DNA from: Bdellovibrionales bacterium
Lineage (GTDB): Bacteria > Bdellovibrionota > Bdellovibrionia > Bdellovibrionales > JAMPXM01
Assembly: GCA_043739185.1 (NCBI GenBank)
Contig: JAYUEN010000053.1
Span: forward strand, 1 to 59,615
Reading direction: 5' to 3'
Length of the DNA stretch: 59,615 bases
Shown here: piece by piece, positions 30,901 through 40,046 of the stretch
Numbering within the stretch: position 1 is the first letter of the stretch
Layout of the letters: each line of letters starts with the position of its first letter
The notes under the pieces: model-generated
Database searches by the model: none
What the model was told of the DNA's origin: nothing
Seen by the model: only the letters and a program-made list of their open reading frames with translations
Translations under genes and position numbers: made by a program

Positions 30901-31248
30901 TTTTATGAAGCAACCGTTAGCTTGGGGAACTTTTTGTTTCCGCCTTCTGTGAAGGTAACGAATAGCATTGATAATAACTATTTGTTTTTAGTGCGTAGAA
31001 CTGAAAACATGATTAATGATTTCAATCAGGCAATTGCAGATTTTCAAACCGGAATTAAGGCCAGCGATCTAAACATCACATTTCGCTTGGATGAAGCACC
31101 ATATTCTCCGAATTTAATTGATGGTGGGACCTCTTTACTTTTGGATTTAAAAATTCAAAACAATTTGAAAAATAAAGTTCTTCGCTTTCACAACGTCAAT
31201 ACCAATCATCACTTTAAATCGGATTCGACACCAAAGGATGAGGACTAG
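27943..31248 (+). CDS. Giant alpha-helical lipoprotein of unknown function (paralogue 1)
   Basis: ASAC lipobox, ATGA overlap with the upstream gene, colinear similarity to 32182-35448. Confidence 0.85.
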   Translation: MSMKMKTPIRCIFTFFLTIAASACQYKQEARLPNEPAVSNSKTGAELVSQKLAGDASALQSLNLKEIYTALSAAKNPAEMNQQLDKLEVYALGKDYVENSSVNRLEPMRLILQYYNFGLIRLQELKADAGQISIRLKKYTEILKSGCDENLKKCQNIEYFRMDHRSRRVILMMVEELDQKIGACTDSTCGQKIKEYYDNLALAFDVNNLTRDAEMEFLYIKRAREYGLLFKSGKDFAQNADFFHRHGLVFENIISHYPADQKSTRFSDFVKAFKPWNYSRLDADPFPFGIQKMFSFAASEFLYSSADNSLNPDFKAAIVSSQDQDDKAGRSFLHSLQDLQADQSSKAIFKNLNFNVDAYQDASGMSEYFFMIDRLYRGHLGREEVSSIWQGSKKDQKALSDTLNFYIRVEFIKMIVLTNKYMLGYLSQTDIPNDILFEQVIQKSESLTKQWGLMISQMDSVASFVSEQLKINGGKATKDSLNESLLLIANVKRNAKFLSVYPNMLLLGYFMIDLKADLKFSTWWGGEISINPKEVMNALLDGAIGSPWFVYSVDSSALSKTEIIYAYYYALNTGAFETFSVKKDAKNKNSLDRISFFKTALEKTMTEDVDVFTKTLEGLADKVSSNSNFASFMEACQNESENKQEYKVNMPLTSLEKFALFGSRSTGYLQSSGDFYMSGPMSSISEKDISLEKRLVQVKSMMKILKLNLKQNRDGGTLVDEQLKAVQATIDDIENLKKAFLKEVVIQHKKLSQCTNRLNWLERKRESALMTLEMQHLGGIWDQYDTKKLTGSEYVYSKFDFLKRFQGFSDTLKPKVIFEEPEVDAANNLKLKLIHIPLVNSVTGKPASREEFIADGMKKLSSKSAPMITWFDETASITPWQEKINTMAAIYRMQFESGIQADVENTISAKEIIADTFELAKFIQIQDDEIPWLKAMGLKDRIPRANLQGFFSTGLKSDYKGILDNVYSKMFELTADLPQDLDEAKKFYEATVSLGNFLFPPSVKVTNSIDNNYLFLVRRTENMINDFNQAIADFQTGIKASDLNITFRLDEAPYSPNLIDGGTSLLLDLKIQNNLKNKVLRFHNVNTNHHFKSDSTPKDED

Positions 31249-32192
31249 TGATAAAGCTTCAGCGAATCGTTTTTCATTCGATGTTCGTCTTCGTATTGAG
31301 CTTGTCGTTTAGACAGGCACAGGCGGAGAGCTTCGATTCAACGTCGGTTTCGGGTGATTCGGTGAACGCCAAGACATCGGACAATTCTCCAGCGACAGCT
31401 GAAAAGAAAAAGTCAGGTGGGCAAAGCATTGCGAACGCAAAATTAATTGGCGCTTCAACAGATAAGTCCTATTTTGAAATTGCAGATTCAATCAAAACCG
31501 ACCTGACAAATGAATCGAGCAATCGCACCACCAAAAATACTCTTGCTTTTAGTTATAACAAGGCACTGGGTTCGAGGCTGAATGGCGATTTGAGTTTTAA
31601 TGTTGAGACTGGCCTGTCGTCAATTGCTCAAGGTATGAATATCGAAAGGACAAAAGCGAATCCGATGTGGGAGGACCTTAGTTTAAATCTTTCGTACGAC
31701 CGAAAATTATTTAAGAGATCACATTTAAGTATTTCTGTAGGTGAAGCACTGCCGACAGGTTACGTCAGTCAAATGGAAGCCTATAAATCAATCTTAGATT
31801 TAAACTTAAGTTTCGCAACTCCAATTTTTATCAATTCGTTAGTTTTGAAGAATCACATTGGCGGGGCATGGATCGTCAATACTTACGAGAGTTCGCCCAA
31901 TAGCTTACAGTCAAATCCTCTGTTAACTGGCGATTATTCGATTGCTTTGCGATATATTTTCAATCGCAATTGGTCGTTTGGCGTTTCTGAAAATTTTAAG
32001 ACTGTTCGATTCATCAATGGTGCTGACGAAATGGTCAGTGCAAGCTCAGAGTCGATCAATTATAATTTCAAATCTTTTTCGATGGCTTTGATATCTTGGA
32101 ATGGTAGTTACGATTACAATGATTCACCGGCAACTCTTTATTTTGATGCTTACCGCGAAATAGTATCGCTTATGGTTTCATATGATTTTTGA
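31248..32192 (+). CDS. Putative outer-membrane beta-barrel protein
   Basis: AQA signal cleavage site, alternating amphipathic strands, C-terminal VSYDF. Confidence 0.7.
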   Translation: MIKLQRIVFHSMFVFVLSLSFRQAQAESFDSTSVSGDSVNAKTSDNSPATAEKKKSGGQSIANAKLIGASTDKSYFEIADSIKTDLTNESSNRTTKNTLAFSYNKALGSRLNGDLSFNVETGLSSIAQGMNIERTKANPMWEDLSLNLSYDRKLFKRSHLSISVGEALPTGYVSQMEAYKSILDLNLSFATPIFINSLVLKNHIGGAWIVNTYESSPNSLQSNPLLTGDYSIALRYIFNRNWSFGVSENFKTVRFINGADEMVSASSESINYNFKSFSMALISWNGSYDYNDSPATLYFDAYREIVSLMVSYDF

Positions 32193-35100
32193 GAAAACTA
32201 AGCTACTTTTAGTTTTGATGTCTTTGCTTTCGGTCGCATGTACGGGCGGAGAGAAAGCCGCTATTCAAAAACAAGAGGCGGCGATTTCTTCGGCACAAAA
32301 AACTCAAGGTATTGCCGCTTCGAATTTTTCTGCAGAAGAACAAAAGCAATTTGATCAGATTCAGTCCTTACTGAAAGTGTCCGACGATGCTCAACTTTTA
32401 AGGGCTGCGAGTTCCTTGTTTTTTGATTTTTCAAGCACTGGTGTTTGGCAAAATACAAAGCTCAATAGTCAAACCGATTATGTGCGACTTGTTGATCGTT
32501 TCAATTTAGCAATCGTGAACCTCTATGCGAGCAAATCACCATTGCTACAAGAGCTTCAAATTTGGTCGAAATACCAAGCTATGCTTGATGTTTCTTGTCG
32601 CGACTCGAAGAATGCTTGTTTGGTATTCGACGTCTTAAAGCTTTCCCCTCGCAGTTCTGAGGTTTTCAACCAGATGGCAATGCAAAAATCTCAAGTTGAA
32701 GAGTACTACCGAATTTTGGGCTATTCGCTTGATATACAGAATCGCACTTATTCGAATGCAAGTGCGGAGCTTTATGTTAAGCGCTTTGATGAGTATCGCC
32801 GATATTTGAATGACGGCAAAAGGTCTCTAGAGCTTGAGAAAGCAACAAAAGTTTTTCAAATGTTCTTGGCGGCGCCAGAGTTTTCTAAAAAGGCTGAGTT
32901 ATTCAAGAATCTTGGTTTGCTCAATTCGTATCGTGATGAGGAATTGGCCTTGGCAGCTGAATTTCTCTTCCGAACCGATGAAATGACCCAGGCGATTAAG
33001 ACTTCTCAAGCGGATCCCAATAGTTTCGTAGGCCGCAGAGATTGGGTACTAAAGCTTAATCCGAAAATTCTTGAAAAATTGAAAGTTTCAAACCTCCCTC
33101 TTGATGAATCCTTTTTTCTGGTTGATCAAATATTGAACGGAAGGCTTTCGCCGAATCAGGGCGTGATGATGGCGACAAAAGGAAAAATTGAAGCACATAC
33201 TTTAATAGATTCAATTTCAAATCGACTGCGTTTTGAAGTGGTCTATTTAATGGTGCTGAATCAAAAGTCCATTCAAGACTTCGCCTTAAGATCAAAGGGT
33301 CTGCAGATCAGTTCGTTCAAAAGTGAGATGCAGCGTGATCTTTCGAGACCCATGACCGAGGCGCGCGCACTTCGAGGTAGAGTTTCAGTTTTATCGCAGC
33401 TCACAGATCTGATAAGCACAGCAAATCATATCGAGACCAAAGATTTGACAATGCAAATTCTGAATTTAGATCGAAGCCTGAAGTCTGCTTTGAGTTATCC
33501 TGCTCTGCTGAGTCTTTACTATCTGAGTTTTAAGGCCGGTTTAACTGCAGAAACGATAGTTGCGCCAGCAATTGATCGGTATCATCCGCCGCAAACCTTT
33601 CGAGGGGTGATTAAAAAACTCTTTCAGGGGCAAAATATTTCGCCGTTTGAATATTCTCTCAATAATGATGCGCTCAATAGTTTTGAGACCCTTGAAGCCA
33701 TGCAACTCGCTTTTCAGACGGATTTGTTTCAGAGCATGGGATTTTCGGTTGATGAATTGCTTGCCAATTTATTTGAAATGGCAACGGCTGAGGAGATGAC
33801 CTCTGGTCAGGGGTCGATCATGGGAGAGCTTGGACCAAAGGCTGATTTAGAAAGTAAATTTGAAAATCTAAAGGACAAATATTCCTCTCCTGATTGGAAC
33901 GAGCTTTTAAGTACCTGCTCTGATTTCGAGAAAGGGCAGCCGCATGCGCGCGAGCTTGCGATTCGGCATCTCATTATATCACCGACACTTGGCTACAATA
34001 TTCAATTTTTAAACGATGAATACACCGGAAATGAAATAGTCAATATTGACAATCAATCTATGCAAAAGCCAGGCTATTTCTCAATGAGCCGAGCACATGT
34101 GACTGAGCTCGAGATCATTCGTTCGGATTTACTCCTCACCATTCGGTTTTTTCAAAATCTAAAATCGGGATTTGAGAAGGGTGATTCGACTAAGCTGGTT
34201 AAGCTTGAGGAGAAGCTCGAATACGTAAAAGAAAAGACGCGCAGCTTTTTAAGGCTAATTTTGCAGAGGCAAAAAGAGTTCGACTCATGTTATTTTCAAT
34301 TGATCAAGCGAGATCGCGTGATCATGGCGCAGCTCCTTAAGACCGAGGCTGTATATTGGCGAGCCGCTCACCAAGAAATGAAGAAGATGAGGGCCGATCA
34401 GAACTATCAAAGCCCCATGAATCAAAAGCCAATTAGCTATGAATTGCCTCAAGGGGTGGTTTATAGATCAAGAATATCAGGCCAATCCGTAGTGAATTAT
34501 GATTTTGATGTTTTGTTGAGAATGAAAGAATATCTTGAAAGTGGAGCAAAGTGGCCGGGTAGCCAAAGAGAAGCCATTGATCCGAGCCTTAAAATTGTTT
34601 TGACCGAAGAAATCGCAAAGACTCCTGAGTATAAAAATGCGCTCACTCAAGCTATTCCGTTTATTGAAGACGAAGATAAATTTGTAATGTCGGCAATGAG
34701 AAGTGGGCTCTATTCAGGAAAAAATGCCGTCTTGCCTTGGTATTTGGGAACTGTCTTTCCGATAGTTGCTTTTCAAAATTATTATGATGGTCATGCGCTT
34801 TTGTACCGAATGAGTCCGGTCGTAACTGAAATTTTAGGAATGCCAGAGCTTGAAAGCTCCGCCGAACTCTTTGAAATTCCTCAGCGCGTTTTGCAATTTT
34901 TCAATCTTGAAAAGGCTGAGCTAGAAGCTTTGAATCTGACGGGCGCCACCCATCTTTATGATTTTAAGCTGACATATAAGGCGGGACTTTATCTCAACTC
35001 GAAGTCTTCGCCTTCCGCAAGTGAAGATTATATGCTGCAAGTCCTGTCGCAGAAATGGATGGGTACTTACGGCGACAAAGATATGATGGAGAATCCCGAG

Positions 35101-35448
35101 GTACTCAAATATGGTGGGCGACCACCGGCGGTTGTACCAGTTGAAACAATAGCCCAAAATTATTTTAATTATCGCTCCGATACGCATCGAACTATATTTG
35201 CGCAAGATCTCAATGATATTTCACAGTTTGATACCCAATATAGAGATTATATAAATGCCGATTTTGTGAGGACCGCACAATTTAAAAATTTTGTTTTACA
35301 AAATGCACAATCGAGGGCCCCGCTAATGATTCATTTTGATTTGAGTGGCCCGCAGAAAATGAAACTATTTACCGATGGCGCAATCGACAATGTCGACTCA
35401 GTTTATATACAATTTAAAAAACGTACCGGAAACTTTTTTGATAGGTAA
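32182..35448 (+). CDS. Giant alpha-helical lipoprotein of unknown function (paralogue 2)
   Basis: SVAC lipobox, overlaps the upstream gene, shares motifs with 27943-31248. Confidence 0.85.
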   Translation: MIFEKTKLLLVLMSLLSVACTGGEKAAIQKQEAAISSAQKTQGIAASNFSAEEQKQFDQIQSLLKVSDDAQLLRAASSLFFDFSSTGVWQNTKLNSQTDYVRLVDRFNLAIVNLYASKSPLLQELQIWSKYQAMLDVSCRDSKNACLVFDVLKLSPRSSEVFNQMAMQKSQVEEYYRILGYSLDIQNRTYSNASAELYVKRFDEYRRYLNDGKRSLELEKATKVFQMFLAAPEFSKKAELFKNLGLLNSYRDEELALAAEFLFRTDEMTQAIKTSQADPNSFVGRRDWVLKLNPKILEKLKVSNLPLDESFFLVDQILNGRLSPNQGVMMATKGKIEAHTLIDSISNRLRFEVVYLMVLNQKSIQDFALRSKGLQISSFKSEMQRDLSRPMTEARALRGRVSVLSQLTDLISTANHIETKDLTMQILNLDRSLKSALSYPALLSLYYLSFKAGLTAETIVAPAIDRYHPPQTFRGVIKKLFQGQNISPFEYSLNNDALNSFETLEAMQLAFQTDLFQSMGFSVDELLANLFEMATAEEMTSGQGSIMGELGPKADLESKFENLKDKYSSPDWNELLSTCSDFEKGQPHARELAIRHLIISPTLGYNIQFLNDEYTGNEIVNIDNQSMQKPGYFSMSRAHVTELEIIRSDLLLTIRFFQNLKSGFEKGDSTKLVKLEEKLEYVKEKTRSFLRLILQRQKEFDSCYFQLIKRDRVIMAQLLKTEAVYWRAAHQEMKKMRADQNYQSPMNQKPISYELPQGVVYRSRISGQSVVNYDFDVLLRMKEYLESGAKWPGSQREAIDPSLKIVLTEEIAKTPEYKNALTQAIPFIEDEDKFVMSAMRSGLYSGKNAVLPWYLGTVFPIVAFQNYYDGHALLYRMSPVVTEILGMPELESSAELFEIPQRVLQFFNLEKAELEALNLTGATHLYDFKLTYKAGLYLNSKSSPSASEDYMLQVLSQKWMGTYGDKDMMENPEVLKYGGRPPAVVPVETIAQNYFNYRSDTHRTIFAQDLNDISQFDTQYRDYINADFVRTAQFKNFVLQNAQSRAPLMIHFDLSGPQKMKLFTDGAIDNVDSVYIQFKKRTGNFFDR

Positions 35449-35451
35449 GGG

Positions 35452-36180
35452 ATGCTTTTTCTTGAGAGCTTTGATCAGGTAAAAATTGCTTTGCGAGAGT
35501 TTTCGCCGCGAGCACAATTCGGAGAGTCTTGCTATTTGGTCGTGCCTGGGTTTCTTGAGCATTCCGGTTCGAAAATATTTGAAGAATTGTGTAAGGAGCT
35601 AGCCGTAAAGGGCGAAACTGTGTTTTGCCTAGATTTGAGAGGAACTGGTAAGAGTGAAGGGCGATATAGCTTTGGCAAATTTGAATATTATGATGTTTTG
35701 GCCGCCATTCAATATTTAAAAAAGACTTTCTCAGAAATCATATTGATAGGCTTCTCTTTAGGTGCCTACAGCAGTCTGCGGGCTCATTGTGAATCTCCTG
35801 AAGCGATAAAAGCTCTTTTTCTGGTTTCGCTGCCCACGTCAATTCATGAAATTATTTTTGGCGGCCATGCTGCTCGGCATGCTCTAGGACTTCTCATGAA
35901 TAAATTTGCGCAAAGAAAGTCGCGAAGTTTCAAAATTCGTTTGACCCATCCTTTTGCAAAAATTCCGAGTGCATTTCAATTTGCACAAAATGCCAATGCG
36001 CCAATTCATCTCTTGGTTGGCTCGCAAGATTTGTTAGTTCCGGCCTCAATGAGTCAAAAAGTTTTTGATCAAATTAATTCGCCCACAAAGACTTGGCGAG
36101 TATTTACTGGCGGAGTTCATGCTGAATTGCTTTATTATCATAATCCCACTTCCTTTATGGAGTGGCTGGCAAATCCTTAA
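35452..36180 (+). CDS. Alpha/beta hydrolase
   Basis: DLRGTGKSEG, GFSLG nucleophile elbow, GSQDLLVP, GGVH. Confidence 0.9.
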   Translation: MLFLESFDQVKIALREFSPRAQFGESCYLVVPGFLEHSGSKIFEELCKELAVKGETVFCLDLRGTGKSEGRYSFGKFEYYDVLAAIQYLKKTFSEIILIGFSLGAYSSLRAHCESPEAIKALFLVSLPTSIHEIIFGGHAARHALGLLMNKFAQRKSRSFKIRLTHPFAKIPSAFQFAQNANAPIHLLVGSQDLLVPASMSQKVFDQINSPTKTWRVFTGGVHAELLYYHNPTSFMEWLANP

Positions 36181-37636
36181 GCTCAATCATATCTTCAACA
36201 ACCCAATCTAAATTTGGGTCATTGAGTGGAGCCTGACAATAGGAGCAAACAGAAGATAGGCTATCCTTTTGAGCCGCGCCACACTTCGGACAGGAGTTGG
36301 CATAAACAGATCCTTTGGATACCTCGTCTGAATAAGTTCGCATCAGTACTAATACCCTGGTATCCGAATTCAAATCTTCCTCGCCTTGGGCACCCGAATG
36401 TCCAGAATCCAATTGCACTAAGCTAAAGGCATATTTGATCGCAACATAAGCGCGAATTTGATTTTCTTTAATATTGGTTTTAATGAGCTCGACAGCCTGA
36501 GTATAAAGCCGGTTATAGGCGACATTCACATGGGGAGTGGTTTTTTGAAAAAACTCGTACGCAGCAGGCAAACAAAAACGTTTGAGGACATTTGTATTGT
36601 GCGTGAGTTGGGCAATCAAAATTTGCATAAAGGCATTGCTGGCGCGATCTTCAATCGAATGACGAGAAAACTCAGAATCTTTTTTGAGCTCTGGATCTTG
36701 AAAATTCGGGCTTCCAGATACTTGCTCAAATGCAAAACCAAAGTCAGCGGCCTGGGTAATTTCGCACAATACCCAATCGTATTCGCCATTATTTAAATAG
36801 GTGCCGCAATAAGGACAACGTGCGCTCTCAATTAATTTTGAAGTAAGAGGAGCCGAACATTTAGGGCACAAGTCAGAGTGAAAAATATCATGACCTTTTT
36901 TAAAATCATGGCGTCTTATAAAGGACCAATATTCGATAAAACTCTCTTCGCCGCCCGGAGAATTGAGCTGCGGAAAGCGTTCACTAATGAATTGATCAAA
37001 AGCCGAGGCTGTGATTTCGACATCCAAACAATCATAACTTGATTCTCTCGATGCCCGAACAATTTTAATTTGATGAATGAGCACATTGCTCATTGGGTTG
37101 CTCTCTTGCAAGAGATTCATCATCGCAAATTGAGCATTGAATCTTTGGTAAACTCCATCGCTAATAAATCGGCGCATCAGATCGAGTCGCTTTTCTGACC
37201 ATGACTGCTGGATCGTCAAAAACGCAATGCTCACTTTCTTTTTAAAGTCGTCAATCTGATCGCCTTGTAAAAATTCAGTCGAAACTGATACTTCAGGTAA
37301 CGAAGAAGTTTCGGGAGCATAGGTCTCAGGCTCGCCATTTCCCCGCATTCGTTTGAATAAAAAGGGTACGACAATGACAATGATTACTATGAGCAATATG
37401 AAAAAAAAGGAACCCGAGCCATCATCGTAGCCGCCGCCGCCGACATATCCACCGCCACCTGAGTAGGTACTTCCACCACTTGAGTGATAGCCGCCACCAC
37501 CGCCACTGCTATGGCCACCACCGCTGCTATGTCCGCCGCCGCCACCACCACCTCTCGCCCAAAGGTCAATGCAAAAAAATAGCACCGGAAAAAATGGCAA
37601 GAGGCTAAGCGAAAGAAGCCAAAAATTTCTTTTCAT
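36155..37636 (-). CDS. Membrane protein with Gly-rich N-terminus and duplicated Tim44-like + zinc-ribbon modules
   Basis: ARGGGGGG low-complexity stretch and TM helix; AFLTIQQSW..RRFISD..EYWSFIR followed by CPKC..CPYC; second module ends in CPKC..CSYC..DWVV. Confidence 0.8.
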   Translation of the reverse strand: MKRNFWLLSLSLLPFFPVLFFCIDLWARGGGGGGGHSSGGGHSSGGGGGYHSSGGSTYSGGGGYVGGGGYDDGSGSFFFILLIVIIVIVVPFLFKRMRGNGEPETYAPETSSLPEVSVSTEFLQGDQIDDFKKKVSIAFLTIQQSWSEKRLDLMRRFISDGVYQRFNAQFAMMNLLQESNPMSNVLIHQIKIVRASRESSYDCLDVEITASAFDQFISERFPQLNSPGGEESFIEYWSFIRRHDFKKGHDIFHSDLCPKCSAPLTSKLIESARCPYCGTYLNNGEYDWVLCEITQAADFGFAFEQVSGSPNFQDPELKKDSEFSRHSIEDRASNAFMQILIAQLTHNTNVLKRFCLPAAYEFFQKTTPHVNVAYNRLYTQAVELIKTNIKENQIRAYVAIKYAFSLVQLDSGHSGAQGEEDLNSDTRVLVLMRTYSDEVSKGSVYANSCPKCGAAQKDSLSSVCSYCQAPLNDPNLDWVVEDMIELKDLPATP

Positions 37637-37689
37637 TTAAATGAAGTTCCTTTTTGAATATCTAGCGATGAATATCTAAAGAAAATCAT

Positions 37690-38688
37690 TTAGAGTTTTT
37701 CGAGAATTTGTTTTTTCTTGGCTTCAAATTCGTCTTTTGAAATGAGCCCTTGGGTCAGAAGCTCACCAAGTTTTTTCAAACGAGTCGCCGGATCCTCTGG
37801 CGTAGAAAGGCCGCCAAAAGCGCCAGCCATACCCGCACCAAGTTGTTGACCCATTCCGACGCCAACTCCAACTCCCATAACCATGCCAGCACCTCCGGGA
37901 TTTTTGGCGGCATCTCTTAGGGCCTGCAGCTGTTGTAACTGTGCATAGCTAACGCCGGCAACGCCAGCAGCTTGAGATTCTGCACTCATATCTGCGATGC
38001 GATTGATTCGTTTCATGGTATCGTCGTCAAATGAAGTACCCTCAATTCTAAAATCAACTAAAGTAAATCCCAATTTTTCGAAATCTTGATTGAGGGATTT
38101 GGTGAGGCCTAAAGCGAGCTCATTGCGATGGGTATCAATTTCAGTATAAGTAAAGGCCGAACTCGCGAAAGTATTTGTCATGGGTTGGATTATTCGCGAA
38201 CTCATCAACTCCCTTAATTCGCTGCCAGTAAAGAGTTCGTGGGCGCCAATAACTCCGGTAAAAAACCACTCAGGCTTTTGTATTTGCAAAGAGAAGTTTC
38301 CGAAAGCTCTTAGACCTACCGGGAAGTGATACTTCGGATCTTCATATTTAATAACAGATGGTGTTCCCCACTTTAAATCTACGAGTTGGGTGGTTTTAAA
38401 AAAGTAAAATCCCACTTTGTGTTCACTGACAAAGCCTTGCATAAATTTGGTAATGGTGGTGATGAAGGGGATATTCGAGGTCGCAATTTCTACAATACCA
38501 GGTTGAGTATAAACGCCTTGAACTTTTCCCTCGTAGACAAAGAGACAGCCTTGCCCTGGGCCCACAATTAATTTCGAAGCATTTTTGATTTCATCTCCAC
38601 TGCCTGTCCACATTTCGAAAATCGCGTCTGAAGACGGATTTTTCCATTCGATAACCGAGCGTAATTGGTTTTTAATCATTCCCCACAT
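37690..38688 (-). CDS. SPFH-like (YdjI / virion-core-like) protein with C-terminal SHOCT domain
   Basis: SVIEW, SKLIVGPGQ, KWGTP, LRAFGNF; SHOCT-type RLKKLGELLTQGLISKDEFEAKKKQIL. Confidence 0.88.
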   Translation of the reverse strand: MWGMIKNQLRSVIEWKNPSSDAIFEMWTGSGDEIKNASKLIVGPGQGCLFVYEGKVQGVYTQPGIVEIATSNIPFITTITKFMQGFVSEHKVGFYFFKTTQLVDLKWGTPSVIKYEDPKYHFPVGLRAFGNFSLQIQKPEWFFTGVIGAHELFTGSELRELMSSRIIQPMTNTFASSAFTYTEIDTHRNELALGLTKSLNQDFEKLGFTLVDFRIEGTSFDDDTMKRINRIADMSAESQAAGVAGVSYAQLQQLQALRDAAKNPGGAGMVMGVGVGVGMGQQLGAGMAGAFGGLSTPEDPATRLKKLGELLTQGLISKDEFEAKKKQILEKL

Positions 38689-38845
38689 AAAACATCCTTT
38701 TGTTTTAAAATATAAAATCTTAAACAGCTTAAAACTGGGCCCTTAGACTGTAAAGACTTAAAAATGCCCTGGCCTTAGCTTTTTGCATAGCTGCAGGGCG
38801 CGAAATTGTATTAAATTTGAATCTTACAGTCTAGGGGGCCAGTTT

Positions 38846-39805
38846 TTAGGGCATCTCGATGTTTATGCAGTTTTCGCCCACATCTCCGCCGACACGGTTT
38901 TCATCGCCGTCATGTACCATGAATTGCAATCGATAAGTATGGCCAGTGATTAAATTGAAATTCTTTAAGTTCCAACTCACAACGGCGCCATAACCTGCTT
39001 CACTTGCCGGATTTGTGGGTGCAGGAAATACCGATCCCAAATTCCAAAAATTTGCGGTTGGATCTGAATCAACTTTAATTGAAGAAGAAACAATTGCAGA
39101 GGTTTTATCGACGGTGCGAGTGGCGGACTTCCACGTGCCGCTTACCGAAGTTGGTAGAGATGCACTGCCGCCATATTGCCAATCTCCACCAATGTTTTTG
39201 GGATTGGTTGTGGTATCCGTAATAAAAAGTGCAGGGAACATGGGTCGGCTACACAAATCGGGAGCACCACTGCAAGTTGATCCGTCGACGCCAGCCTGGT
39301 CGCCGGTGAGAGCCGTTGCGCCTACCATGGGACTGGCTTGAGTGCCAGGATTTGCTGGTAAAGCTGAAACAGAATAGGAAGTCGAAACTGTTCCGGATGC
39401 GGTGATAACATTGACTTGGCTAATTCCCAAAATCATTGCCTTTTCGTCTCCGTAATAAACATTCACCGTTGGGCCAGCGGCTGCATAAACATAACTAAAT
39501 GCTGCGAGTACTTTGGTCTCATTAAAGGGAACATTTGTCGCTGGAGTAGAGGTTGAATACGGATACGGGATCGTACAATTTGTCTGCGCGAAATCAGTTG
39601 GAATCGGTGGATTTCCATTGGCAGCGGGCGCAACTGGCGGAATGGGAGCGCCTCCGCCCACAGGGCCAGTAATATTATTTGCGCTGGGGCCGGCAGTGGA
39701 GGCCGCAAAATTCACCTTGTCGCAGTTTTGAAATAATGTGAATACGCCAACTAAAAAAGCTGCGTTCACCAATTTGCGACTAAAGAACCGTGATTCATTT
39801 TTCAA
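38846..39805 (-). CDS. FQNC-lipobox lipoprotein with Cys-containing beta domain
   Basis: LFQNC, Pro-rich linker, C-terminal YRLQFMVHDGD..GGDVGENC; TTG 39805 after GAGGGGGG. Confidence 0.8.
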   Translation of the reverse strand: MKNESRFFSRKLVNAAFLVGVFTLFQNCDKVNFAASTAGPSANNITGPVGGGAPIPPVAPAANGNPPIPTDFAQTNCTIPYPYSTSTPATNVPFNETKVLAAFSYVYAAAGPTVNVYYGDEKAMILGISQVNVITASGTVSTSYSVSALPANPGTQASPMVGATALTGDQAGVDGSTCSGAPDLCSRPMFPALFITDTTTNPKNIGGDWQYGGSASLPTSVSGTWKSATRTVDKTSAIVSSSIKVDSDPTANFWNLGSVFPAPTNPASEAGYGAVVSWNLKNFNLITGHTYRLQFMVHDGDENRVGGDVGENCINIEMP

Positions 39806-39836
39806 GAGGCCCCCCTCTGAGATCAAGTATTAAAGC

Positions 39837-39852
39837 TGCAATTTTTGTCCCA
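39837..39852 (-). promoter_or_regulatory. sigma54 (-24/-12) promoter
   Basis: Minus strand TGGGACAAAAATTGCA = GG-N10-GC with TTGC. Confidence 0.65.
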
Positions 39853-39938
39853 GTTTAGGGCGTTCTGGTTTGAGATAATGAACTATACTTCGGAGAAGTG
39901 TCTAAAAATTAGCTAGTTTTAGCACGAAGAATTCAAAG

Positions 39939-40042
39939 CAGTTTTTACGGCAGCAGCGACAGTCAACTGCTTGCCAGTTTCGGTGATCAGCCCTGATTCT
40001 GGATCAGCTGCTGTTGACTGATTTCGGAATGCCTGACGCTGA
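39939..40042 (-). repeat. Dispersed structured non-coding element, copy B (putative ncRNA motif)
   Basis: Reverse complement aligns to 10051-10149 with six identical blocks and a 6-nt longer central hairpin. Confidence 0.85.
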
Positions 40043-40046
40043 AGCC

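Noticed and set aside
37425..37556. GC-rich ccgcca repeats
   Set aside because: These encode the Gly-rich N-terminus of the Tim44-like protein.
39881..39906. RpoE-like GAACTA..TCTAA motif on the + strand facing element B
   Set aside because: Spacer is one base short and there is no equivalent at copy A.
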